In this document: positions 12,980 through 23,479 of the stretch, piece after piece | Position numbering within the stretch: position 1 is the first letter of the stretch | Layout of the letters: each line of letters opens with the position of its first letter | Assembly (NCBI GenBank): GCA_026023565.1 | Contig: JAPETS010000020.1 | Span: 310,001 to 374,000, forward strand | DNA length: 64,000 bases | From: Cirrosporium novae-zelandiae | Lineage: Eukaryota | Direction: 5' to 3' | Program-made: the position numbers and the translations under genes | The notes under the pieces: generated by a model | What the model saw: the letters and a program-made list of their open reading frames with translations, nothing else | What the model was told of the DNA's origin: nothing | Databases searched by the model: none

Positions 12980-14098
12980 CCCGCATAAGGCTACAAATAA
13001 TAATAATATATATAGGCTAACATGACGGTGTGGTGTGTACCCTATAAGAAGCAACACTAATTAATATTAATGCGACAAATTACCAGTGCTCTAGGGGTTC
13101 GAATCTAAACCTGGCTGGTGTTTATAGCATCTGACACTATGTAGGCGAGGCAGCTAGTCGTGTAACTTCGATAAGGCTGAGGATGAATGAATGAATGTGA
13201 TTTTTGGAAGAACAGATGGATAGATAAATGCGGGAAGGAGAAAGAGAAAGCTTTTGCTCCCTTTTTTTCTTGGGTTTGGCTTGTTTATGAAATAATTAAT
13301 ACTCGTTGTTTATTGCCTCATTTTGGCTCCACAGATATCCACTCTATCCCGTTGATCATTTTTGAATGGCTCCACGTCCTCAGGGCTACGGCCAAGTTAG
13401 CCGCCAAGTTAACGGCCAGGGCGACCTCTATACACAAGGGTACTATGTGCAGCAAATCGGGGGTATGAAATACGAAAACCGCTTCCAGAGTCATCAAACA
13501 TGGACGCTGCAAAAACCAGCTCCCGTTTATAAGAATAAAGGTCAGGCGAAGGTCAACGGAGGAGGGCAGCGGCACAAGCAGCAAGGGGGGAAATATATAA
13601 CCCAGCAACCGTGAGTTTGGTATTTCGTGTTTAAGCTCGGGGATAATTTTTCTTTTTGTATCTTTATAGCCAGATAGAGAGAAAGGAAGTTAAACTGAGG
13701 TTCTTTTTTGCATTTTCGCAGAGCGAAACAGCAGATGAAGGTGCCACCACCGAAGAAACCACAGCCTGCTTCGCAGGGTCGTCAGAATAATAACTATAGT
13801 CAAGATGATGATTTCTGGTGCTGTTGATGTCGTTGCTGTGGATGTTGTAAATGGGGATAGGATGGGATATGGCCGATATTATACGAAGGGGGTGGGAGAG
13901 AAAGATCTGGTTTTGGCTTCTGTGGACCTAGGCAGTATGCATCCGTTTAATGATGAGTTATTGAAGAGTAAGGTTTCTGCTTATTTCGTAGGCCGCACGA
14001 TCAACCAACCTATGTTTCATGCTTTTAGGCGAACTTATCAAAACCACTAACCGAGAGACTCTGGCGGTAATTTAGGATGGGCTGGAAGCTTGATAAGG
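12980..14098 (+). repeat. Diverged inverted duplication, left copy (partner about 20572-21630)
   Basis: Reverse-complement matches across promoter, gene, intron and 3' flank: CGTGTAACtTCGATAAGGCTGAGGAT vs CGTGTAACgTCGATAAGGCTGAGGAT; GGATATGGCCGATAT; CGTTTAATGATGA; CCGCACGATCAA; AAAACCACT. Ends approximate. Confidence 0.85.
13366..13827 (+). CDS. Small Gly/Gln/Tyr/Pro-rich protein with Cys-rich C-terminus (CYSTM-like), copy A
   Basis: Exon 1 13366-13610 (MAPRPQGYGQ...YITQQP), intron 13611-13721, exon 2 encodes AKQQMKVPPPKKPQPASQGRQNNNYSQDDDFWCC*. The intron position is shared with the paralog at 20838-21237. Confidence 0.75.
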
Positions 14099-14386
14099 CT
14101 TGTATTATTTTGTGTAAGGATGTAGAATTAATCTTATGAAAGATGTGCTATTTATACTATCTAGTCTTGACAGAACAAAGTGGGGTCATGTACACTACAG
14201 TACATTTCTGCCTGAGGCATCCGCAATAAATCACGATCGGAGCTTTTATTTTATGTATTTCTTGGGGTTTATGATGGAAACCCGAAGGATCCATCAACTA
14301 ATAATCAGAAGATATAGCCTAGAGCATAAAACACCTTCATCGTTGGTGGTTTTTCCGCGCATGGCTCACCGGAACATTAATTAAAA

Positions 14387-15430
14387 ATGCTGCTATCAAA
14401 AATTCTACCTGCAGTTGCAGTTATGGCTACAGCTTCAATATCAACGTTATCATTTGCTATGAATATTACTATCCTACAACCAGACAAGCCATTTGTACTT
14501 AGAGAGCTCCCAGAGTCTCACGCAACTACAGATGGGGATGCAGTTGTCGAGCTGTTCCAAAACCTCGGCCGCACGACAAGCTGGAAGCTTGTAGAGAAGG
14601 TGAAGTTCGAAGGAGATACATATGAACCAGAAGGCATAGTACGATTTGGCGATAATAGGTATTTTGTGAGTGCAGGCGAATATACTGCCTCAACCGTCAA
14701 ATACAACACCACTATCAATGGCACGGATCGTACTGCAGGTGCCGGATTCGCACATCTAATTATATTCGATGGTAATGGTAGTCGAATTGCTGATGCAACC
14801 ATCACCGAACGTGGAGCTATTGAGTATCATAATGGTGGCCTGGACTGGGACGGAGAGTATATCTGGGCGACAATAGCGCAGTATCGACCAAATACTACGG
14901 CTACAGTCATCAAGATAGATCCCCGTACACTTCAAACGACCAAGATCTTTCATGCTAGTGACCATCTCGGAGGGATAGTTCACGATACGAAAACTAACAA
15001 CATTGTGACACTAAACTGGGGAGCACGTAATTCATCCACATGGAACCTCGACCAAAAATTTAACAAGTTTCCTCTATTTACCTCCCCACAAGCAACTTCA
15101 AGAAATCCAACATACTTCATCGACTACCAAGACTGCAAGTTCTTGGGGCATTCTCAGATCTATGGTGGTCGTGCCATTATGATTTGTTCGGGGGTTGCAA
15201 CTATCAATGACTTCAATCTCGGAGGACTTGCGATAGTTGATTTAGAGACCATGGTTCCTCTGGCAGAAGTCCCGATAACGATGACAAGTGACTTGGATGT
15301 TCCGGTGACTCAAAACCCAATAGATGTGAATGTGGTTGAGGGACAGCTACGGGCTTACTTCCTGCCAGATCAGCACAATTCGACATTGTATGTATATGAG
15401 GCGCAGATACAGAGTCCATATGAGTTTTAG
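14387..15430 (+). CDS. Secreted beta-propeller-like protein, probably DUF6454 family
   Basis: Intronless 347 aa ORF with signal peptide; EPEG, YHNGGLDWDGEYIW, AQYRPN, DHLGG, IDYQDC motifs. Family recalled, not searched. Confidence 0.75.
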   Translation: MLLSKILPAVAVMATASISTLSFAMNITILQPDKPFVLRELPESHATTDGDAVVELFQNLGRTTSWKLVEKVKFEGDTYEPEGIVRFGDNRYFVSAGEYTASTVKYNTTINGTDRTAGAGFAHLIIFDGNGSRIADATITERGAIEYHNGGLDWDGEYIWATIAQYRPNTTATVIKIDPRTLQTTKIFHASDHLGGIVHDTKTNNIVTLNWGARNSSTWNLDQKFNKFPLFTSPQATSRNPTYFIDYQDCKFLGHSQIYGGRAIMICSGVATINDFNLGGLAIVDLETMVPLAEVPITMTSDLDVPVTQNPIDVNVVEGQLRAYFLPDQHNSTLYVYEAQIQSPYEF

Positions 15431-15798
15431 GGAACAATAGAAAGGAAGGTTGTATATAAATATGTTTCGGTAATATGTAATACATTTTCTGCTATTGGCC
15501 GCAGGTAGTATTTGTAGCCTGAGGCAGAAACCAAATAAACATGTTCCCTGATCATTTCCTCCGAACTCGGAGCTGAGCAACAGTTAATAATTAAACAAGA
15601 TCTTACTCCTTCGTCCTTCGTCATCAGCTCTACGCCCTTCAAATGACTCAACGACATTTGTAGTGCTAGCCCTCATAGGATGTCTAATTCATAAATAAAC
15701 TGGCCTTCCGCTCTTCAAATCAAACATGAATTGGGATTTTTCGTGCCAGCTTCTCTTGCATCATTAATTACAACATCCTTATTATCATAGACAACAAA

Positions 15799-16317
15799 AT
15801 GCATTTCTCAATCAACCCCGTACGATCAACCGAGGATCTCGAAGCCACAAAATGTCTGTTCAAGGCCTACGCTGAGCACCTTAACATCGATCTAACCTTC
15901 CAAGACTTTGGAAATGAAATGAATTCAATGCCAGGAAAATACGCTCCCCCCAACGGCGAGCTTCTTCTTGCTCGAGACGCTAGTGGTGTACCCCTAGGAT
16001 GTGTGGCTGTTCGTCCACTTGCCTCGCAGAGCTGCTGTGAGATGAAAAGACTGTTTATATCGCCTACAGGACGAGGTAAAGGACTTGGGAAAGAGTTGGT
16101 CAAGGCTGTGGTTGAAACTGCATCTGGGTTAGGTTATACGGAGATGAGGTTGGATACGATACCTTCGATGGTGCAAGCCATTTCGATTTATGAAAAGGCC
16201 GGGTTTGTTCCTATTAAAGCCTATTATAACACGCCTCTAGAGGGAACAATCTTCCTATCTCGGAAGCTTGTTTCTACTGATGCTGCTCCCGCTGCACCTC
16301 TTGATGGAAGCTCCTAG
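15799..16317 (+). CDS. GNAT family N-acetyltransferase
   Basis: CEMKRLFISPTGRGKGLGK acetyl-CoA motif A; MRLDT, AISIYEKAGF; intronless 172 aa. Confidence 0.92.
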   Translation: MHFSINPVRSTEDLEATKCLFKAYAEHLNIDLTFQDFGNEMNSMPGKYAPPNGELLLARDASGVPLGCVAVRPLASQSCCEMKRLFISPTGRGKGLGKELVKAVVETASGLGYTEMRLDTIPSMVQAISIYEKAGFVPIKAYYNTPLEGTIFLSRKLVSTDAAPAAPLDGSS

Positions 16318-16606
16318 ACCATCTCAAGCTCCTATACTCCTTGAAGACACTCAACGAAGGTATCAGACCGAGTTCACTAGCACTAAGTATTGAAAAAAGA
16401 ATCAACGGCTCAATGTTTTGCAATGGTCCTAATACCAACATCTCGAGCAATCGACTGCATAGTTGCTCCCAGGTTATTCTATTCAAAAAGGTTGTATGAA
16501 TGAACGTTTATTCATCAGTTTAATCGTAGATTGATACAATAGATCTATCAACATTTACAACGAAGCGAACTTGTCAATCATTAACACATGAAGAGCATGG
16601 GTTAGC

Positions 16607-18523
16607 TCAGACTTTCAATCCACTCAAAATCTCCTTTTTTATTTCCCGCTCCTCCGCACCGAGGTTGTCTTTAAATATGTCATCAATCTGCTCCAAAGTC
16701 TTTCCTTCTAGCTCTGGGACAAGGAAGTAGGAGAATACGGCAGCGAGGAGACAGAAGGATGCAAAGAAAATATAGGTGCCATATCCTATGCTCTCAATCA
16801 TAGGCGGAACAGCAATTCCGATGATGAAGTTCGCGAGCCAGTTGATGGCTCCAGCAAGGCCTACGCCTTTAGCGCGGCGAGCAGAGGAGAAGATTTCAGA
16901 GGGTACCGTAACCCAAACAGGCCCGTATGACAGACCGTACATCATCATGTATAGGTAAACAAGAGCCACTCCGAACCAACCAACTCCCATATGGCTAGAC
17001 CAGGACCCTTGATATTTGCCAACAATACCGGCCATGATAACATGAGGGATGCACATACCGAGGACGCCAAATATAGCGAGGCGGCGTCGGCCAAAAAGGT
17101 CCATGTTAAAGAGGGTGATGGCAACACCAAGGAATTGCTAGATGTTGATCATGCCAGTTAGAAGAGACACATTTCTGAGGACTGACCGAGAGTAGCGAAA
17201 AGAGTTGGCGCATAGTAGACGAATGCATTAATACCGGAAAACTTCGATATGATCAACATGTGCCTACACCTGGAAAGACTGAGAATGCGGCTTACCTATG
17301 CAAAGAACGGTAGTCCTATAGCAACAATGGAACGTTTAATGCACTTTCGCTGAAAGAGATCTGCCCACTCTTTAATTTCAAGAGAAATTCCAGAATCGTT
17401 TGGATGCTCCCTCTTAAGTACTTCACGTTGGAACTGAACCTCTGCAAGGATTCCTTTCCATTCAAGCTGCACGCGGTAATCGTCTCTTGAAAGCCGACGA
17501 AGTTTCACCAAGCTGGCTAAACATTCTTCCTGGCGGCCTCTCATCGCTAGCCATCGTGGACTATAAGGGAAGAAATGGATGAAAATCCCTAAAAAGCCGG
17601 CGGATATCATTTGAAGAAGAAAGGGTAATCTAAAAGCCCAGTCGCTCTTGATACTTCTATAGTTTGATGCTAGAGTCAGCCCAAATATCTACAATTGCAG
17701 GCCAGGCCGACGAAGTGACAGCATATTATTTTCTACAAGAAGACATTTCTATGAAAGCTATTAACCTACCGAGTACCATATGCAATCCAAAAGGAGACTA
17801 CAGCCCCTACAACAATAGCTAGTTCTTCAAGAGCCAAGAGTATGCCCCGATGTTTTGGAGGTGCGATCTCTGTGATGTACAAAGGGGCGCCCATGGCAAG
17901 CTACACACATGTTAGCGAAATATCACAATATGACGAGCTTTCTCCCTACTGTTCCAACTCCAACTCCTTCAATTGTCCTGCCAACAACGAGGATTGTATA
18001 GTCTGGAGAGACAGTCTGTATGATGGCCCCTATGAAGAAGATCACAACAGCAACTGTAAGGCCCCATTTCCGGAATATTCGATCGGCTAACTTGGGGAAA
18101 AACAGACAACCTACAAAGGCGCCTAGCTCGAGCATAGCAGTCATGAAACCAGTGTGAAAGCCATACCCGGGAGTCCCGGGCATTGTTTCTGGATACTGTT
18201 TTCGGAATCGATCCATGGTTAAGATGAGGGATATCACACCTTGATCTATATGGAAATTCAGTTACGGTTTAATGAAAGTGGGCAGTAAAAGGTGAATAGA
18301 TGGATGCTGGTATACCATAACCAAATGAAAAGCCTCCTACGCTAGCCAAGAGGGCGGCTCCAAACACATATGGAAAACGAATAACACCTTTAAAGCCATT
18401 GTCTCCATAGGAAAACGTATCACAGAGCGCAATACTCAAATCACTGCTAGAAATATCACTAGCCCTGTCGTGGTGGTCAACCACCTTGGTGTTAGTCTTG
18501 TCTATACTGGAGTTTCGGCTCAT
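16607..18523 (-). pseudogene. Sugar porter (MFS) pseudogene
   Basis: Motifs GGFSFGYDQG, EIAP, PYSPRWL, FSGINAFVYYAP, GRRRL, PELEGKTLE. Lesions: TAG at 17296-17298 (PFFA*), a frameshift near 17160, and TAG at 17138-17140 (INI*Q). Confidence 0.85.
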
Positions 18524-20571
18524 ACTGGGGGGAGTACGGTTCGATATGAGAGTGTTATTGAGATAACAAATGCCTTCAGTGCCGTTGTGGTGAAAACTTC
18601 TCCCAATATATACACACTGAGTCTGACTGCGGCGAAGCCAAAATCCAGTCGTGGAATTAGATGGAAATTGTATAGAAAGTTGAGTGTGGATCCCTTGAGA
18701 TCTGAAACCCAGACATGAGAATTCAGATCTGAGTCTGGTTTATCTACGTCTTGGAATGATTCTATCTTTTTTCTTGGAAAAGGAAATGCTCAGATATCAT
18801 GTTTACAGTACTACTAGATAATTGATGTTATCGATGTCTTGGTTATTGGCATGAATTCACCAACAACTTGACGATCAATCGACTTGTCCTCTCGAGGGGC
18901 GAGACTCAAGAGCATCGGAAATGGAATATGGGCGGAGCTGTACTGTGGTAATAATTAAATTGTGGTGTAACAAAAGAATATTGAAGATGGAAATGGTCCA
19001 TTACGAGTAGTTGCATCGGCCTATTCCTTGTCAGAACTAGGACTATCAGAACAAAAAGGGTTAGCTGCCCTAAATAGTCGGAACCACAACCATCGGGGAC
19101 CCACCATGATGTTGCAACAACAAATGTCAACGACCATCTCAAAGGAAAATCTGAAAACGACATCTCGATAAGCACAACCCAGGAAATCATTAGGTGGTAC
19201 TTAATCTATTAGCTTATGCTACATGCCCACTAAGTCTAGTTGAGCCTTTCACCGATAGCCTCATTACGACACTCTCCACATTTCCATCTCTTTCTTCTAG
19301 ACAGATACCTTCATTCCATGTTATTGGTCCCTCTAATTCCCTTATACAATGTTTTCGGAGTCTTCGGTTCCTGAATAAGTACAGTTCTGCTTTACGAGCT
19401 ACTTGAGAAAGATCGAGTTTTGCCTGACCAAGGCGAGAAATAAGCAAAGCGGGAGATATATGATTGATATACGACCTACTTTTGGAGACGGGATATTTGG
19501 GGACCCTCCAATGTTTATTTATTACTCGCTTATACTCCATTCTCATATTTACAAGGCGTTGCATTGTTTACTGGGAGCTGCATACTCTTTTGAAATTTCT
19601 CAGTGTTGGTTACTTATTATCCGTGCATTGCCTCTCGGCAGAGACTTGAGTTATGCAACCATATCCTTCAATTATCGACCGAGACAGCTAACAAACTGAC
19701 TCATTTTGTCCTGAAATCTCTTTGCACTAGGGAATGACTCCACAATCCTTCACTGAGATCACATTTTTCTCTTCAACTAGAAGGTCGTGTGATGTATTAT
19801 TGGAGTATAATCCCTCTCATCTAAGAATCACTTACAAGGCAGGAGACGCTGCATCACGATCAAATCACAGGCTGATAAATTTTCGACATCATCACCATAG
19901 CCGCTCTCACGCCTCACCTTAGACCATTTTTATAAGGCACTGTTTTACTCCATATGCATAGTACTACTTCTCATAAGCCAAGCCACACCTACATACAAAT
20001 ATGTTTGATCGAAGCACGTAATGCTAGGACCTATGAGGTATGTTTCTAATTTTGAAATTGAGGCAGTGTAACTGACAGCTTAGAAGCAGGTAAGCATAGC
20101 GTATGCTCTCTTCCTTTCAACCACTTAACATTAGTAAAATAGGATGAGTGCTGTTAGACCTTCAACGAACAAACCCAATTCGACACGGAAACTTTCTTCA
20201 TATTCACATCTCACACAGCGGTACCCTGACTAAATGCTTCTCCGTTAGAATTTCAAGATATATCACTTGAATTGTTCTTCATAACATCAACGACACAGCC
20301 CATAGAACACTTCCTTATTAGGGTCCAGATAACAGCTATAGCGGATAGAAAGGGGCATCGGAACACGGTGACTCGGATGACAGAAGATAACAAAGCAGGT
20401 GATATAATAACAATCAAGTCCCCATCAATAATTCCGTCAACAATGCCAATCGGCTGTGAATCGCTGTGGTGTTATTCAGCCTCTTTTTAGGTTCTGGAGG
20501 ATATAAATCTCACCACGAACCCCAACATAGAGCATGAGACCTGCCAGCTCCACCATAGCTTTCAAAGTAAT

Positions 20572-21630
20572 GCTTATCAACTTTCTAGTTAATTTCAAAT
20601 TACCATGAGAGTCTTTTAGTCAGTGGTTTTAATAAATTCACCTAGAAACACAGAATATAGTTTGATCGTGCGGTTTACGAAATGAGTAAAAATCTCACTC
20701 TTCAACGATTCATCATTAAACGAATGCATACATACTACTTACATCCACAGAAGCATTAACATCAGAAACCAAAACTAGGCATTTCTTCCACCCCCTTCAT
20801 ATCATATCGGCCATATCCTATCCCATCCCCACCCTCGTCAGCAGCAACAGCAGCAGCAATCATCATCCCCCCCATAACCATTATTCTGATAACCCCGCGG
20901 AGCAGGTCGTGGTCTATTAGGGGGCCTCCTCATCGGCGCATGTCTCGCCCTACGGAATCAAAAGAACCCTCAGTTGAACTTCCTCTCTATCCAAGCGCTA
21001 ACGAAAATACCAAACTTACGGCTGCTGGTTTATATATTGTCTTCCTTGATGAGGAGGGTACTGATTCCCTCCTCTATTGGCATTCGCCGGACCTCGATGA
21101 TAGTAAACGGGGGCTGGCCTTCGAGGCATCCCTCCGTGATGATACTGGTGGTGGTCGCCGTAATGCATAATCGGGTTTTGCTGCATATGGTACCCGTATC
21201 CATAGCCTTGGCCGTAGCCGTGAGGACGTCGATCCATTATTCAAAATTATCAACAGAATAGAATAGATATAGATATATCTGCCGAACCAAGAAGGAGGGA
21301 GACAGAACAAACAAACGGGTATTATTCGTCAAAGAAAGAAAAAACGAATAACAACGACCTCTTCTCATCTATTTATTTGTTTTTTGCTTACAAAAATCAC
21401 AAATCTTCCCCGATCGGTCCTAATCCTCAGCCTTATCGACGTTACACGGGTTTATCCCACCACACCACGGAGAAGAACACTAATACCGGTGTGGCCAATC
21501 ACTAGCGCTCTTGGGAATCGAACCCAACCTAGTATTGATTGAATCCGGCACATGGGAGACACACACACCATCTGCCTAACATAAATTATTGATTGATACT
21601 CGTAGCATTATACGCCACCTTATGCACCTT
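20572..21630 (-). repeat. Diverged inverted duplication, right copy (partner about 12980-14098)
   Basis: Same matches as the left copy, over promoter, gene, intron (shared GGAAGTTnAACTGAGG..TTCTTTT) and 3' flank. Confidence 0.85.
20838..21237 (-). CDS. Small Gly/Tyr/His/Pro-rich protein with hexa-cysteine C-terminus (CYSTM-like), copy B
   Basis: Exon 1 21237-21020 (MDRRPHGYGQ...YINQQP), intron 21019-20950, exon 2 encodes ARHAPMRRPPNRPRPAPRGYQNNGYGGDDDCCCCCC*. Confidence 0.8.
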
Positions 21631-22130
21631 AGGTTTGCTCGGTCACGGTGCTTGGAACTCGAGATTCCATAGCGTATTAATCTAAGTTAGGCACCTCCTG
21701 TTCAGCAGGCTTTGGAGAAGAGTAATATTGCTTCATAGGCAAGTAGTATGGGTAAGGAGCTTGGTTTTTGGAAATTTGAAGCAAGTCTAGTTGGCTGAAA
21801 AGGGGTCATGACCGTTCAGGATGAGTTTGATGGTAAAGAAGAAATACTTACTTTTTCTTAAAGTAAGGAATCTGTTCAATAAGGACACCACCAAGCAAGT
21901 GCTTCTTCTCAATTTCCTCGTCATTATAATCAGGGACACGACAGCCACTACCGGGATTATCGTTCTCATTTTCTTCTTCGCTGGCGTCATCATCGCCATC
22001 ATAGTCCTCATATTCATTAAACCATTTACTCTTCCTGTGGAGAAAAGGCTAGGCCACTCGAAAGGTTCGGAACAAAAATTGCAGGTCCTCAAAATCGTCA
22101 TGTGTACATGCACATCATAACAGAGGTGCA
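21630..22130 (-). pseudogene. Degenerate gene fragment with an acidic tract
   Basis: A minus frame absent from the ORF track reads HDDFEDLQFLFRTFRVA*PFLHRKSKWFNEYEDYDGDDDASEEENENDNPG...LIEQIPYFKK, then a GTAAGT donor. Interrupted by stops. Confidence 0.35.
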
Positions 22131-22290
22131 GACACAGATTTAGGCATCAGGCCGAGGTGTAGGAGCATGTCTGTCACACAAGTGCTCAATTCGAACCACG
22201 ATAAGTAGATCCACCTTTTTCTCAGCTATATCAAATCGGTCGAACCGCTGAGCTACAAAAACAGCATAAGCATCATTTAAAGCCTCCATC

Positions 22291-23346
22291 ATGGTCAAAG
22301 AACCTCCTTTCTCGGAGACTGTCGCCTTATTTCCAAAGACTCGATCTGAAACGACAAATTCCTCAGTCCAAATTCCTGAAATCCAGTCGTCAACGTTGAC
22401 GAGACTTGAATGGCAGAAGCACGAGGCCATAAAATCACTTTCTGTTCAACATCTCAACAGCATATCCAAACATCTCTGGCTAGCGGGCCGCGCTTTTACA
22501 AGTCCTGTCGAGAAGTTTGCCCTTCATCGCCTCAAGGCTATCGGCTTCGAGCTCTCGCTCATCGAAGATGCAGGGCTTCATCTTTTATGGCAAGATAGGC
22601 AGATCTATCTCAAACCGCTCCCAGACTTCCTCTTAGACTACAATTTCTGGAAAGCGAACCTGTGCTCATCAGACGATCGGAACGAAGCCGATTATCTAGG
22701 TATGTCAAATCTAAGGCTTATTCATTTGTTTAGGATAGAGGTTGAGACTTCATCATTTGTAGAAGGGACCAACGGCGCTATTGGTCTCCTCCTCTCCTAC
22801 ACCTGGCTCATTCAGTGGGAAAGCGATTTAAAAATTGCTCAGGCCAACGACCTTCTCGACAAGACAATTAGCTATTCCGCCTGGATGGCATTCCGTACGT
22901 CCTTCCTGTCCATCTTTCACCGCAACCAAATATCACTCCCAGCTTTAGCCTGGCGCTACGATTTCGGCAACCTAAGCTTAGACCGAATCAACAATATCTG
23001 GAGCTTCTCTTTACGACGCCCCTTAAATTCTGAATCGGCCTTTTATGGCTACTTTAATAACTACCGCCTTAATAATCCGTTTTTCGGACCGATGTTCAAG
23101 GCGTTTTTGGTTATGTCTGTTTATGCTACTATGATGCTTACAGCTATGCAAGTGGGATTGGCGTCGGGGTTGTTAATGCATAATAATACTTTTCAAAGAG
23201 GTTGTTTGATGTTTGCCGCATTTTGTATTTCGACGACGGTTACGGTGACTCTCATAACATTTATACTTGTTTACGTGCCATTCATTTTCAATCGTATGGT
23301 TATGTGGAGAAGTTCCAATCAAGAACCAAGTATAAGGGAGAGCTAG
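22291..23346 (+). CDS. Fungal DUF6601-like membrane protein
   Basis: HLWLAGR, LHLLW...IYLKPLP.FLL, GLLLSY.WLI..ESDLKIA, LTAMQVGL and C-terminal TM helices. Probable in-frame intron 22700-22762. Confidence 0.8.
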   Translation: MVKEPPFSETVALFPKTRSETTNSSVQIPEIQSSTLTRLEWQKHEAIKSLSVQHLNSISKHLWLAGRAFTSPVEKFALHRLKAIGFELSLIEDAGLHLLWQDRQIYLKPLPDFLLDYNFWKANLCSSDDRNEADYLGMSNLRLIHLFRIEVETSSFVEGTNGAIGLLLSYTWLIQWESDLKIAQANDLLDKTISYSAWMAFRTSFLSIFHRNQISLPALAWRYDFGNLSLDRINNIWSFSLRRPLNSESAFYGYFNNYRLNNPFFGPMFKAFLVMSVYATMMLTAMQVGLASGLLMHNNTFQRGCLMFAAFCISTTVTVTLITFILVYVPFIFNRMVMWRSSNQEPSIRES

Positions 23347-23479
23347 CTTACAGGAATTTCTCTTTTACAATAAAGCTTAGCCTTTTGTTGAACCTATTAT
23401 GGGAAATAGCAAAGTATGTTTCAATCTCTCTCTCAAGCACAGCTACAACTATAGATATACCAACATAATCACGCATATA

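Noticed and set aside
13825..13827. Selenocysteine UGA
   Set aside because: Sec machinery is not known in ascomycetes, and I could not identify a SECIS element.
19190..20560. Additional gene inside the inverted duplication
   Set aside because: Some splice-like signals and stop-riddled frames suggest decayed coding DNA, but no coherent model or family could be supported.
21505..21580. tRNA gene suggested by a perfect T-arm (TTGGG TTCGATT CCCAA, minus strand)
   Set aside because: No D-arm, anticodon arm or correctly spaced acceptor stem can be built; kept only as a B-box-like motif.
12980..21630. Composite DNA transposon with long terminal inverted repeats
   Set aside because: The repeats are diverged host-like spliced genes; no transposase or target-site duplication seen.
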